Shown here: piece after piece, positions 9,351 through 18,449 of the stretch
Position numbering within the stretch: position 1 is the first letter of the stretch
Layout: every line of letters begins with the position of its first letter
DNA from: Candidatus Poribacteria bacterium
GTDB lineage: Bacteria; Poribacteria; WGA-4E; WGA-3G
Length of the DNA stretch: 64,000 nt
Assembly: GCA_963663765.2 (NCBI GenBank)
Contig: CAXXUA010000006.1
Location: forward strand, 192,001-256,000
Reading direction: 5' to 3'
Notes under the pieces: generated by a model
What the model was told of the DNA's origin: nothing
Databases searched by the model: none
Seen by the model: only the letters and a program-made list of their open reading frames with translations
Made by a program: the position numbers and the translations under genes

Positions 9351-11092
9351 GATGATAAATCCGTAGGCGTGTCAAGCCAGTCAAAATCACTTTTGACAAA
9401 CGGATTGTCTGCCTGCTCATCTGACGAGCGTCGATCAATGAGGACGAAACGCCTCACCGGTCTATCCAGTTTTTGTGCTTCTTCCACGAGTCGTTGAACA
9501 ACTACGCCCATGAGTGTTGTGCCACCAGTCATGTTAGCTACGACCACATCCGCATGCAATAAGTAGTGGAGTGCTTGCTTTGTTATTTCATTGATTTCAT
9601 TAAAGCCTCCTTGTGGATCGTCCATTTGAATTTGATGAACACAACCTGTAAAGTGAGCATGTTTGGCGGCTTCAGGAACACTGTTTGCTGAAGCATCTGA
9701 ACAGATAACAAGACAAGTATCGGCTTCAGCAACCTTTAATGCCGAAAACAGAACACCCGGTCGCGTCCCTTGTGGTGAAATAAGCATTTTACCGCCTCCG
9801 CCACCCAGTAATGGTATATCTATGCAATCTTTTTTTAATTGATTCCAAAAACACTGAACTTTTTCAAAAGATGAGGGTGGTTCTTCAAGTGCCTCTGTTC
9901 GCATCCCATGATGGTGTAAAGCATTTCGCAGTGTATTCGTCAGTTGATTCCAAAAGTTTCCGAATTCCTGCTGTTCCAATGTAATAGTTGACCGAAACTT
10001 ATTGCTTCTCGCAAACGCCCCGATAGCACCGAGCCGACGTTCATAGCACACTCGAACTTTGTTATTTAACCAGTTTTTATGTTCTTCAGTCTTTCCTGAC
10101 TTCCAAATCGCCCAAGAGACAACCCACTCCCGCATTAACCCTGTTGCGAGAGGGATTTGCCCGCGACCTAAATATAAATCAATCATACGAGCCTGACGCT
10201 CTAACTCATTCTTATCTAAATGAATGCTCTCTTTCCAGATACCATCTTTGCTTAGTGGTTCTTCGAATGCCGATTTCTTCGCTGCGTTAATAACCGTTTT
10301 AATCAGTTCAGTAAGTAGTGGCGGTAGACCGGGATTTTCTATGGCAGGTAGATCTTGGATCAAATTGATAAGTCTTTTACTCGCTTTTCCCATTTCCAGA
10401 GGCAACGCGGATTCGTAGGCAAATGCTTGTTTTTCAAGCGAATCAATGGAATGTTTGACCAGTTTCAGTTGCTGTGACTGTTCTTTTCCTGCTGCTTCCT
10501 CCCCATCCTTGAACAATCGTCGAGTTTGCTGATTCAACGTATCTGCCAACGGCTGGAGGCGGTCCGCGATGGGCTTTGTCGTTCCCTGATCTCGAAACAT
10601 CCGAACTGCATGGAACCACTCCGGCAATTCAAGCAATGGCTGCAGGTTAACGATAGGCTTCGGAGCATCTTTTGGTGTTCCTTCTATCATACCGTAGTAC
10701 GCACCACGAATCTTTACGTTACGGAGCGATGTGAGGTAGAGCACTAGGGCATAAAAGATAAAAGGGAAGTGACGGAATCCCTGCGTAACATCAAGCGTAA
10801 GATCCGCACCTTTTGGAATGCGATTCGCAACAGATTCAAGTATCTGATGAATTTCATCAGGACTATTTCCGTCAGGGATCTCAACTAATTCAGGACTAAA
10901 CTTGAGAATCCTACAAATTCCCGCACGAAAACGTTGCCACGTTTCACGCTTCGCACCTTCTGTAACCAAAGTGACAACATGATTCGGTAAAGCTGACTTT
11001 TCCAGAAACTGTACTAAAGCGAGAGGAGACAGATCTGCCTTAACAGTTTTCTCGTTCCACTCGTAGGTTGTTGGGATGGCTTTCATTCCCAA
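9347..11092 (-). CDS. csx1: Csx1/TM1812-like CARF-HEPN effector with a C-terminal second CARF-like domain; 5' end cut off by IS630
   Basis: LDVTQGFRHFP (DxTHG-like), HEPN RNALHH, C-terminal LISPQGTRPGVL...ANMTGGTTLM; N-terminal strand HILLTS lies across the IS. Confidence 0.85.
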   Translation of the reverse strand: MGMKAIPTTYEWNEKTVKADLSPLALVQFLEKSALPNHVVTLVTEGAKRETWQRFRAGICRILKFSPELVEIPDGNSPDEIHQILESVANRIPKGADLTLDVTQGFRHFPFIFYALVLYLTSLRNVKIRGAYYGMIEGTPKDAPKPIVNLQPLLELPEWFHAVRMFRDQGTTKPIADRLQPLADTLNQQTRRLFKDGEEAAGKEQSQQLKLVKHSIDSLEKQAFAYESALPLEMGKASKRLINLIQDLPAIENPGLPPLLTELIKTVINAAKKSAFEEPLSKDGIWKESIHLDKNELERQARMIDLYLGRGQIPLATGLMREWVVSWAIWKSGKTEEHKNWLNNKVRVCYERRLGAIGAFARSNKFRSTITLEQQEFGNFWNQLTNTLRNALHHHGMRTEALEEPPSSFEKVQCFWNQLKKDCIDIPLLGGGGGKMLISPQGTRPGVLFSALKVAEADTCLVICSDASANSVPEAAKHAHFTGCVHQIQMDDPQGGFNEINEITKQALHYLLHADVVVANMTGGTTLMGVVVQRLVEEAQKLDRPVRRFVLIDRRSSDEQADNPFVKSDFDWLDTPTDLSS

Positions 11093-11204
11093 ACTAGTAG
11101 ATAGTCCATACTAAAAGTTTGTATTTATTTTTTTGTTTCTTAGTATCTTGACAAACAAGAGTTTTTCTCTTATAGTATAGCAAAACTTAAGGAGGAACAC
11201 AACC

Positions 11205-11648
11205 TTGACTAAGAAATATGTTGTAAAACTCACTGATTCGGAGCGGCAGGAGTTGTTAGATTGTATAAACACAGGTAAAAAAGAGGCGTATAAGATAAGG
11301 AATGCTCATATTTTGCTGAAATCAGATGTCAATGGTCCCGGTTGGACTGATGGGAAAATAGCTGAAGCGTATGAGTGCACTGATAGGACAGTCGCGAAAG
11401 TGCGTAAGCGTTTTGCTGAAGGTGGTTTTTCTCGTGTCTTATTTCGTGCTAAGCGAGAGCATCCTCCCACACCTCGTAAACTTGATGGTGAAGCTGAAGC
11501 ACGCTTGATAGCACTGAGTTGTAGCGAACCTCCCGAAGGTGCTGCTAAATGGACTTTACGCCTACTTGCGTCAGAATTGGTAAGACTTGAAATCGTGGAA
11601 AGCATTTCTCCAGAAACGGTAAGACAGACACTAAAAAAAACGCTTTGA
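11205..11648 (+). CDS. IS630 transposase OrfA (HTH)
   Basis: KKYVVKLT..ER, PPEGAAKWTLRLLA; A8 run near 11633-11640 is a likely frameshift site into OrfB. Confidence 0.9.
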   Translation: MTKKYVVKLTDSERQELLDCINTGKKEAYKIRNAHILLKSDVNGPGWTDGKIAEAYECTDRTVAKVRKRFAEGGFSRVLFRAKREHPPTPRKLDGEAEARLIALSCSEPPEGAAKWTLRLLASELVRLEIVESISPETVRQTLKKTL

Positions 11649-12331
11649 AGCCGCACCTTCAGCAACAGTGGGTGATTCCCCCTGAAAAAGATGCTGAGTT
11701 TGTAAAGTCGATGGAAGAAGTGCTTGATCTTTACCAGAAACCTTTAGATACAGAAATACCTGTTGTGAACATGGACGAACAATCTGTCACGCTTAGGGAT
11801 GATGTTCGGGATCCGCATCCTGTGAAACCGGGGCAAGTCAAGCGTGTAGATAATGAGTATAAACGCAAAGGCACGGCAAATATCTTCCTATTCACAGAAG
11901 CATTATCGGGATGGAGGCGTGTGTCTGTTCGGACGCGCAGAAAGGCAGAGGATTGGGCAGAAGAAGTAAAAATACTATTGGATCAGGACTACTCATCAGC
12001 AAAAAGTGTGATTTTAGTTTGTGACAACCTGAATATACACAAACTTTCGACGCTCAATAAAGTGTTTGGAGATGAGGAAGCAAATAGGTTGCGTAAGCGT
12101 TTAGAAATCGTGCATACGCCAGTACATGGAAGTTGGTTGAATATAGCGGAAATAGAACTGAGTGTCCTTACGCGTCAATGTTTGTGTCGGCGTATCCCAG
12201 ATATAGAGACACTCCATAGAGAGACACAAGCCTGGCAAAAACGGCGAAATGCAGAGCAAAAGCAGGTAAACTGGCAATTTACAACGGACGATGCACGCGT
12301 ACGATTAAAACATCTATACCCGAACAATTAG
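11645..12331 (+). CDS. IS630 transposase OrfB (DDE)
   Basis: MDEQ, VCDNLNIH, HTPVHGSWLNIAEIE. Confidence 0.92.
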   Translation: MKPHLQQQWVIPPEKDAEFVKSMEEVLDLYQKPLDTEIPVVNMDEQSVTLRDDVRDPHPVKPGQVKRVDNEYKRKGTANIFLFTEALSGWRRVSVRTRRKAEDWAEEVKILLDQDYSSAKSVILVCDNLNIHKLSTLNKVFGDEEANRLRKRLEIVHTPVHGSWLNIAEIELSVLTRQCLCRRIPDIETLHRETQAWQKRRNAEQKQVNWQFTTDDARVRLKHLYPNN

Positions 12332-12345
12332 AATGGACTATCTAC

Positions 12346-12412
12346 TAGTCAGTAGAATATGGGGGGTATCTGATGGTTGGTAGGTTGTAGTCTCTATGAT
12401 GATTCTCTCCAA
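12346..12412 (-). pseudogene. Severed 5' fragment of the csx1-like gene
   Basis: Removing the IS and one TA restores the frame TTG-ERIIIETTTYQPSDTPHILLTS|LGMKAIPTTYEW; start codon uncertain. Confidence 0.8.
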
Positions 12413-12465
12413 TTTTTAGACAAATCCGCATCGTCTAAATTCTTCTTTCAGGTGTTGACAACTAT

Positions 12466-12494
12466 AGTATAACACAACAATACGCTGCCGGCAA
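12466..12494 (-). promoter_or_regulatory. Putative sigma70 promoter of the type III operon
   Basis: TTGCCG-17 bp-TATACT with TG extension on the minus strand, just upstream of the severed csx1 start. Confidence 0.55.
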
Positions 12495-12531
12495 CACTTT
12501 TTACTGAGCATTACCTAACCTAATTATGTTA

Positions 12532-12761
12532 CATTAGTTTGGATAGTTTCTATCTGATGCATGTTGAATTATCACTGATAAGTTTTTTTTCTACGTGTTT
12601 CTTTATGATAGGAACCTCAAAACCACTCACTCCAGTGGATATATCAGTTCATTATGCCACTATAAACATATTGCTCCGCTGAAGAAAAAAGAACTTTCAT
12701 TTTGTCCATTGTATCTTGATAAGGCATATCAACTTATGTATAAAAATTGTCCAAACTATAG
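12532..12761. mobile_element. MITE family B copy (TIR CTATAGTTTGGACAATT), inverted relative to the 32249 copy
   Basis: Right end AATTGTCCAAACTATAG-TA, degenerate left end, internal CTCCAGTGG and CTCCGCTG motifs shared with 31815-32873. Confidence 0.7.
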
Positions 12762-12863
12762 TAATTGTTATGTTACCGTGCTATAATAGTTTTGATAATT
12801 CTACGCAAAGAACTATCAGAACTTCATAGATTTCGCAGTATAAGAGAATAATACCTTCAACCC

Positions 12864-13841
12864 ATGCTCACAAACTTCCGATTCGCCCAATACCGACTCA
12901 CCTACACCGTCCAAGAACCGCTGAAGATGCCAACATACAAAGGCAACATCTTCCGCGGACGGTTCGGATACCTACTCCGCCACATCGCGTGTATCGGAGA
13001 TGCGGGTGAATGCGAAAAAAAGTGCCAACACGCAGACCGATGTGTCTACTCCAAGTGCTTTGAAACACCTGTTCCTAAAGATAGTCCCATGTTGCGAGGA
13101 CAACCCTTTGCACCGCACCCCTTCATCCTTCAGCCACCTCACACATCTAAAAAGGATTATGTCCGAGACGATACCTTTACTTGTAATATCACGCTCATCG
13201 GAGAGGCGATTGACCTATTGCCGTGGGTTGTGCTGACCTTTCATGAGATGGGTAAACGACGCATCGGACTACAAGGCAAACGCGGACAATGTAAACTGGA
13301 CACAGTGGAAAGCCTACCTGCACATAGCAATCCTCAACCTCAGACAATCTTCACCGCAGTGACCGAGATGTTGACAGATGATGGTATCATACTCAACCTT
13401 GACGATGTGATGCACAACACACTCGACATCACTGATAAGATTGAATTAGAGTTTATCACACCTACCAGCATCAAGGTAGATGGAAAATGGACGAATGAGT
13501 TGACATTTGAACACCTTATTCGTAATCTACTCCGACGTATCCGATTTTTGAGTTATTTTCATTGTGGAGAGGATTTAGATGTAGATGCACATGCGTTGAT
13601 TGATGCTGCACGTGCTATTTCACACGAATCCCGTTTCCGTTGGCTCAAGTCAAACCGTTATTCTTATCGTGCGGAGAGTTCTATTCCAATGGACGGGTTT
13701 ATCGGGAAGGTGCGTTATATGGGTGAATTAGGGCAGTTCTTGCCGTTCATCCATCTTGGTGAGTATATGCACATCGGACACCACACAGCGTTTGGATACG
13801 GGCAATATCGTCTAATCTCACCTGAGACACCGATTTCGTAG
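12864..13841 (+). CDS. cas6: Cas6 pre-crRNA endoribonuclease
   Basis: FRGRFG, C-rich motif, PHPFIL, LEFITPT, C-terminal HIGHHTAFGYG G-loop. Confidence 0.95.
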   Translation: MLTNFRFAQYRLTYTVQEPLKMPTYKGNIFRGRFGYLLRHIACIGDAGECEKKCQHADRCVYSKCFETPVPKDSPMLRGQPFAPHPFILQPPHTSKKDYVRDDTFTCNITLIGEAIDLLPWVVLTFHEMGKRRIGLQGKRGQCKLDTVESLPAHSNPQPQTIFTAVTEMLTDDGIILNLDDVMHNTLDITDKIELEFITPTSIKVDGKWTNELTFEHLIRNLLRRIRFLSYFHCGEDLDVDAHALIDAARAISHESRFRWLKSNRYSYRAESSIPMDGFIGKVRYMGELGQFLPFIHLGEYMHIGHHTAFGYGQYRLISPETPIS

Positions 13842-13883
13842 GAATATGATAAACTGATAAGGATATAACAAACAGAGGGAAAC

Positions 13884-14162
13884 TTGGTGTTTTATGTTAT
13901 TTGTTACGATGTCCCAGACAATAAAAGGCGGAATCAACTTGCGAAAACACTAAAGGGATTCGGCACTCGTGTCCAATATAGCGTGTTTGAGGCACAATTG
14001 AACCGAAAGCAGTTTAATGAGCTAATAAACACAGTTGCTGGTATCATTGATGCTTCAGAAGACTCAATCCGTTACTACGCACTCTGTAATGCTTGCGTTG
14101 AACGCATTGAAGTGCCTGCTGTTGGGGACATAACATCGGAATCGAATACAATTATCGTTTGA
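13884..14162 (+). CDS. cas2: Cas2
   Basis: YVICYDVPDNKRR, RVQYSVFE, DSIRYYALC. Confidence 0.96.
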   Translation: MVFYVICYDVPDNKRRNQLAKTLKGFGTRVQYSVFEAQLNRKQFNELINTVAGIIDASEDSIRYYALCNACVERIEVPAVGDITSESNTIIV

Positions 14163-14217
14163 TATGTAATCCAAATATTGGATTTACATAGAACTTAAGA
14201 ACAACATCAGTAGCAAT

Positions 14218-14250
14218 AAAGGCGCGCTTCAAAAGCGCGCCTTTTTCTTT
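14218..14250. terminator. Possibly bidirectional intrinsic terminator between cas2 and the array 2 trailer
   Basis: AAAGGCGCGCTT-CAA-AAGCGCGCCTTTTT hairpin. Confidence 0.75.
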
Positions 14251-14304
14251 GCATGACTCGTGGATTAGTGAATATCAGCGTTTATAGTCGCACGATTCAC
14301 TGCA

Positions 14305-16585
14305 TATTCAATTCCCTTCAAACGGGAAGGATTTCCGAACTAGTTAATGACTGGAATGATTATTATATCTTTGTTTGTAAGTTTCAATTCCCTTCAAACG
14401 GGAAGGACTTTCCGAACTTGTCAAAGACGTTACACCCGATGAGTTAAGTTTATCGTTTCAATTCCCTTCAAACGGGAAGGACTTTCCGAACTACATCGTA
14501 AAGAAGTGTCCAGCAAGGAAGAGTTTCAATTCCCTTCAAACGGGAAGGTCTTTCCGAACTCGGAGTTCATTGACATATATTTATCAGTTCTAACAGTTTC
14601 AATTCCCTTCAAACGGGAAGGTCTTTCCGAACGAACGGTTGCATTTTATCCTGATGCATGGAATAAAGTTTCAATTCCCTTCAAACGGGAAGGTCTTTCC
14701 GAACTATGGGATTACGAAGTTGCCTTAAACGGAACTGCGGAAACTCAGTTTCAATTCCCTTCAAACGGGAAGGACTTTCCGAACTATACCGTCTATATGT
14801 TATGAGATACGCATACAGGTAGTTTCAATTCCCTTCAAACGGGAAGGACTTTCCGAACTTATTTAGGCGAGACTCATATTGACTTAGGTGAGATAGAGTT
14901 TCAATTCCCTTCAAACGGGAAGGTCTTTCCGAACTCACCAAGCACACGTCAGCATTCGCCAAATTGATGATGTTTCAATTCCCTTCAAACGGGAAGGGCT
15001 TTCCGAACATGATTTCATAGAAGCAAGGATAAAAACCGATGAATAATGTTTCAATTCCCTTCAAACGGGAAGGGCTTTCCGAACGCTACGATGTGTCTCA
15101 CCCCGAAATGCAGGGGTACTACGAGTTTCAATTCCCTTCAAACGGGAAGGGCTTTCCGAACATTGCTTACAATAGCAATATACTGTTCAATCAAAAGTTT
15201 CAATTCCCTTCAAACGGGAAGGGCTTTCCGAACTCAGCGCGGAGATACAGTGGATTTTGCAAAGGCTTTTGAGTTTCAATTCCCTTCAAACGGGAAGGTC
15301 TTTCCGAACCTCTGCTTGCCTGCCCCACAACTCCAACGGGACGTAGTGGAGTTTCAATTCCCTTCAAACGGGAAGGTCTTTCCGAACTGTACAGGCAGAA
15401 CATATCTACGAAGATGATTGGCAGTTTCAATTCCCTTCAAACGGGAAGGACTTTCCGAACTGTACCAAAAAGAAATGCTTGATGTTGTAGAAGATCCCGT
15501 TTCAATTCCCTTCAAACGGGAAGGTCTTTCCGAACGCTATGTTCATTTTAGAGAACGCAGAAATAGAGGTGTGTTTCAATTCCCTTCAAACGGGAAGGTC
15601 TTTCCGAACAAATCCTCAACGCAGAAAACGAAGTTCAAAGCATACGGTTTCAATTCCCTTCAAACGGGAAGGTCTTTCCGAACGGAAAAGCACAAGGTAC
15701 CGTTAAAGTACTTTACAGCCAGTTTCAATTCCCTTCAAACGGGAAGGTCTTTCCGAACTTGAAAATCTGTTCTCAACTGTTGTGAAAGCATTTCTGAGTT
15801 TCAATTCCCTTCAAACGGGAAGGTCTTTCCGAACTTGAAAAAAAATATGACAGTGAGTCTCAGCGATGGAAGTTTCAATTCCCTTCAAACGGGAAGGTCT
15901 TTCCGAACGAAAAGAAACAGATTACAGCCGTGACCCGTTTTGTCTGGTTTCAATTCCCTTCAAACGGGAAGGTCTTTCCGAACTTAACACAGATAACAGA
16001 GGCATTTGAAAGTGGCGATATGGTTTCAATTCCCTTCAAACGGGAAGGTCTTTCCGAACTATACCCTTGCCTATTCAGCAGAAAGAAATGGACTTTGTTT
16101 CAATTCCCTTCAAACGGGAAGGTCTTTCCGAACTCCTGGACCAACACACACTTATTTCGGTTCTGAAACTTTGTTTCAATTCCCTTCAAACGGGAAGGTC
16201 TTTCCGAACTAGAATTAATTGGACATTCTGTTATGTTCGGAAACCGAAGTTTCAATTCCCTTCAAACGGGAAGGTCTTTCCGAACTTAGCAACAACATCG
16301 TCCCACGCATCACCCTCAATCAATAATAATGTTTCAATTCCCTTCAAACGGGAAGGTCTTTCCGAACACCCTATACTTGTCTCGTCAACGTCAGCGGGTA
16401 ACGTTTCAATTCCCTTCAAACGGGAAGGTCTTTCCGAACCAACCGACTCCTGAAGGACAACGTCAAAAAGAGCTTGGTTTCAATTCCCTTCAAACGGGAA
16501 GGTCTTTCCGAACGCAATTGCACAAGCAAATCGGACAAACGCCATTGAGTTTCAATTCCCTTCAAACGGGAAGGTCTTTCCGAAC
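14305..16585 (-). CRISPR. CRISPR array 2: 31 repeats, 30 spacers, transcribed leftward
   Basis: Repeat on + is GTTTCAATTCCCTTCAAACGGGAAGG(T/A/G)CTTTCCGAAC; degenerate terminal repeat at 14305 (trailer); leader on the right. Confidence 0.98.
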
Positions 16586-16854
16586 AGCACCCCTTGCGAA
16601 GCCAGTCACAGTGCGGTCTAAATTAGCCGAAACCAAACGCGACGAATTTTAGCCATTTTTTTTTGCCCCAAATTTGGTCAAATTGCCTCTAAACCCGCAT
16701 GAACACTGAACCTTACGCGATTTTTTGTGCAAACAGGCTTAGAATCCAGTCACCATCTATATTCACAGGCAATATTAAGTGTATCAACACGCGATTTGAA
16801 AATCGCGTTTGGTTTTTCTGCATAAAATATACATTAAATCTGAATAAAAGTCAA
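16586..16854 (-). promoter_or_regulatory. Leader of array 2 with promoter
   Basis: Inverted homologue of 18183-18449; TTGACT(16849-54)-17 bp-TATATT(16826-31) on the minus strand. Confidence 0.8.
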
Positions 16855-16888
16855 GTAATATTTTCATATTACAATCAAATGAACAGGT

Positions 16889-16928
16889 AAAAAAAAGATG
16901 GAAGGATAACGTTACTTCCATCTTTTTT
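16889..16928 (-). terminator. Terminator downstream of cas1
   Basis: A-run-GATGGAAG-loop-CTTCCATC-T-run hairpin. Confidence 0.7.
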
Positions 16929-16950
16929 CTGTTGGGACGGCATATATTTT

Positions 16951-17943
16951 CTAAGTCCGAATGAGAAAAGGTTTGTATATTGCTTCTTTGCCTCTAAGCA
17001 TGCGTGCTAAATGTCTAACCTGAAGCTCAATACAACGAAGATAAGTTGTTTTCTCATTTTTTGTTGGGTGTTGAAACGTCTGCTGCATTCGCTCATAATA
17101 TCCGCCGAGGAAACTGTCCAACGCTTTCTTGGTAAAGCGAATACCTTTTTCTGTCTTCTGAAAGTCTTCCTGTTTTATCCTGTTGTTATTGACAAGTGTA
17201 AGGACATATCCATCTACGATGATTTGTCGGAATTCTTCCATCAGATCTGATGCTAATGCAGCGTGACCGTGTTTAGGTTGATGGAAATATCCACAATACG
17301 GGTCGAACCCGACGACGTTAATGAATGTGTAAACGTGGTTGTGTAGGAGCGTATAACCGAGTGAAAGCATGGCGTTTATTGGATCTGGTGATGGACGAAA
17401 TTGTCGGGTCGTAAACCCCCAATCGCGTGTGAGGAATTGTCTGAATGCGCGGTAATGTGCGACGGTGCCACTTCCTTCGTAACCGAGCAGTGAATCCAGA
17501 TTTTTAGCACGTTCAAGTTTTTCCAATGTTTGACGTATTGTGCTTGTTGCTGCCTTCACTTCAGCATTTTGCGAACGTTGTCGTTGAGAGAACCGGATAG
17601 CGTTGGTAAGTTTGCCATGGACAAAACATTTCGCTAATTCAAGACACTGTGGTGTGTCTTGTGCAACTGCATATTGATACTGTCGAAGGAGCGTGTCTTT
17701 AGCAAAAGGCGGTTGAAGTTTTCCTTTGTATTTTCCTTGTGAAGACAGAAATGAAACAGGTATATTTTTATGAAGTAAAAAACCCATCGTTTGAGTCGTA
17801 ATATGTCCATTACCAAAAATAACAACTTCGTCGACCTTGACGATTGGTATTTCTTGCAGCACATCCTGGTCTTTTTTAACGATGATACGATTTCCAGATT
17901 TATGGAGAACCGCTCCTTGCTGTGTGATATAGAGTATTGCCAT
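16951..17943 (-). CDS. cas1: Cas1 (no RT or Cas4 fusion)
   Basis: LYITQQGA, LLGYEG, DPINAMLSLGY, GYFH, LASDLMEEFR. Confidence 0.97.
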   Translation of the reverse strand: MAILYITQQGAVLHKSGNRIIVKKDQDVLQEIPIVKVDEVVIFGNGHITTQTMGFLLHKNIPVSFLSSQGKYKGKLQPPFAKDTLLRQYQYAVAQDTPQCLELAKCFVHGKLTNAIRFSQRQRSQNAEVKAATSTIRQTLEKLERAKNLDSLLGYEGSGTVAHYRAFRQFLTRDWGFTTRQFRPSPDPINAMLSLGYTLLHNHVYTFINVVGFDPYCGYFHQPKHGHAALASDLMEEFRQIIVDGYVLTLVNNNRIKQEDFQKTEKGIRFTKKALDSFLGGYYERMQQTFQHPTKNEKTTYLRCIELQVRHLARMLRGKEAIYKPFLIRT

Positions 17944-18182
17944 CTGTTCCTCCTAAATGTATAAACAATTATATTTTTTAAGTTGACATAACTGGTTCGT
18001 TAGAGATGTTGTTTCAATGTGGCTAAACAATGAGTTTCCTCCTTTTCTGTGCACATGTGAGTTTGTGTGTCTATTGAAGAACATAAGTGTGTTTTGGGTT
18101 ATTAAGAACATAAAGAATTGAGTAGACGGCTGTATAGAGTCTAAATAAGTAAAAAAGGATAGTAAAAGTTATAAAAATGGTA

Positions 18183-18449
18183 TTGACATTTTTGAGAACT
18201 TCATATAAACTATGCATATAAACCCAAACGCGAATTATTTTTAAGCGCGAATGTATACAAAAACACCTCTGAACACAGACAGGAACACGGTTTAGGACAC
18301 TTCTATTAAAAAAATCGCGTATGGTTCAATGTTCATGCGGGTTCAGAGGCAATTTGACGAATATTGGGGGGTTGAAAATGTGCCAAAAATCGTCGCGTAT
18401 GGTTTTGGCTAATTTAGCCCGCACTGTGACTGGCTTCCGAAGGGGTGCT
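18183..18449 (+). promoter_or_regulatory. Leader of array 3 with promoter
   Basis: TTGACA(18183)-17 bp-TAAACT(18206); proximal ~140 bp closely similar to the array 2 leader. Confidence 0.8.

Larger units (their letters stand above)
11097..12345 (+). mobile_element. IS630-family insertion sequence (1249 bp)
   Basis: 18-bp terminal IRs GTAGATAGTCCAT(A/T)CTAA; TA duplication at 11095-96 and 12346-47; two-ORF transposase. Confidence 0.95.

Noticed and set aside
16951-17943. RT-Cas1 or Cas4-Cas1 fusion
   Set aside because: 330 aa with no YADD or Cas4 cysteine motifs.
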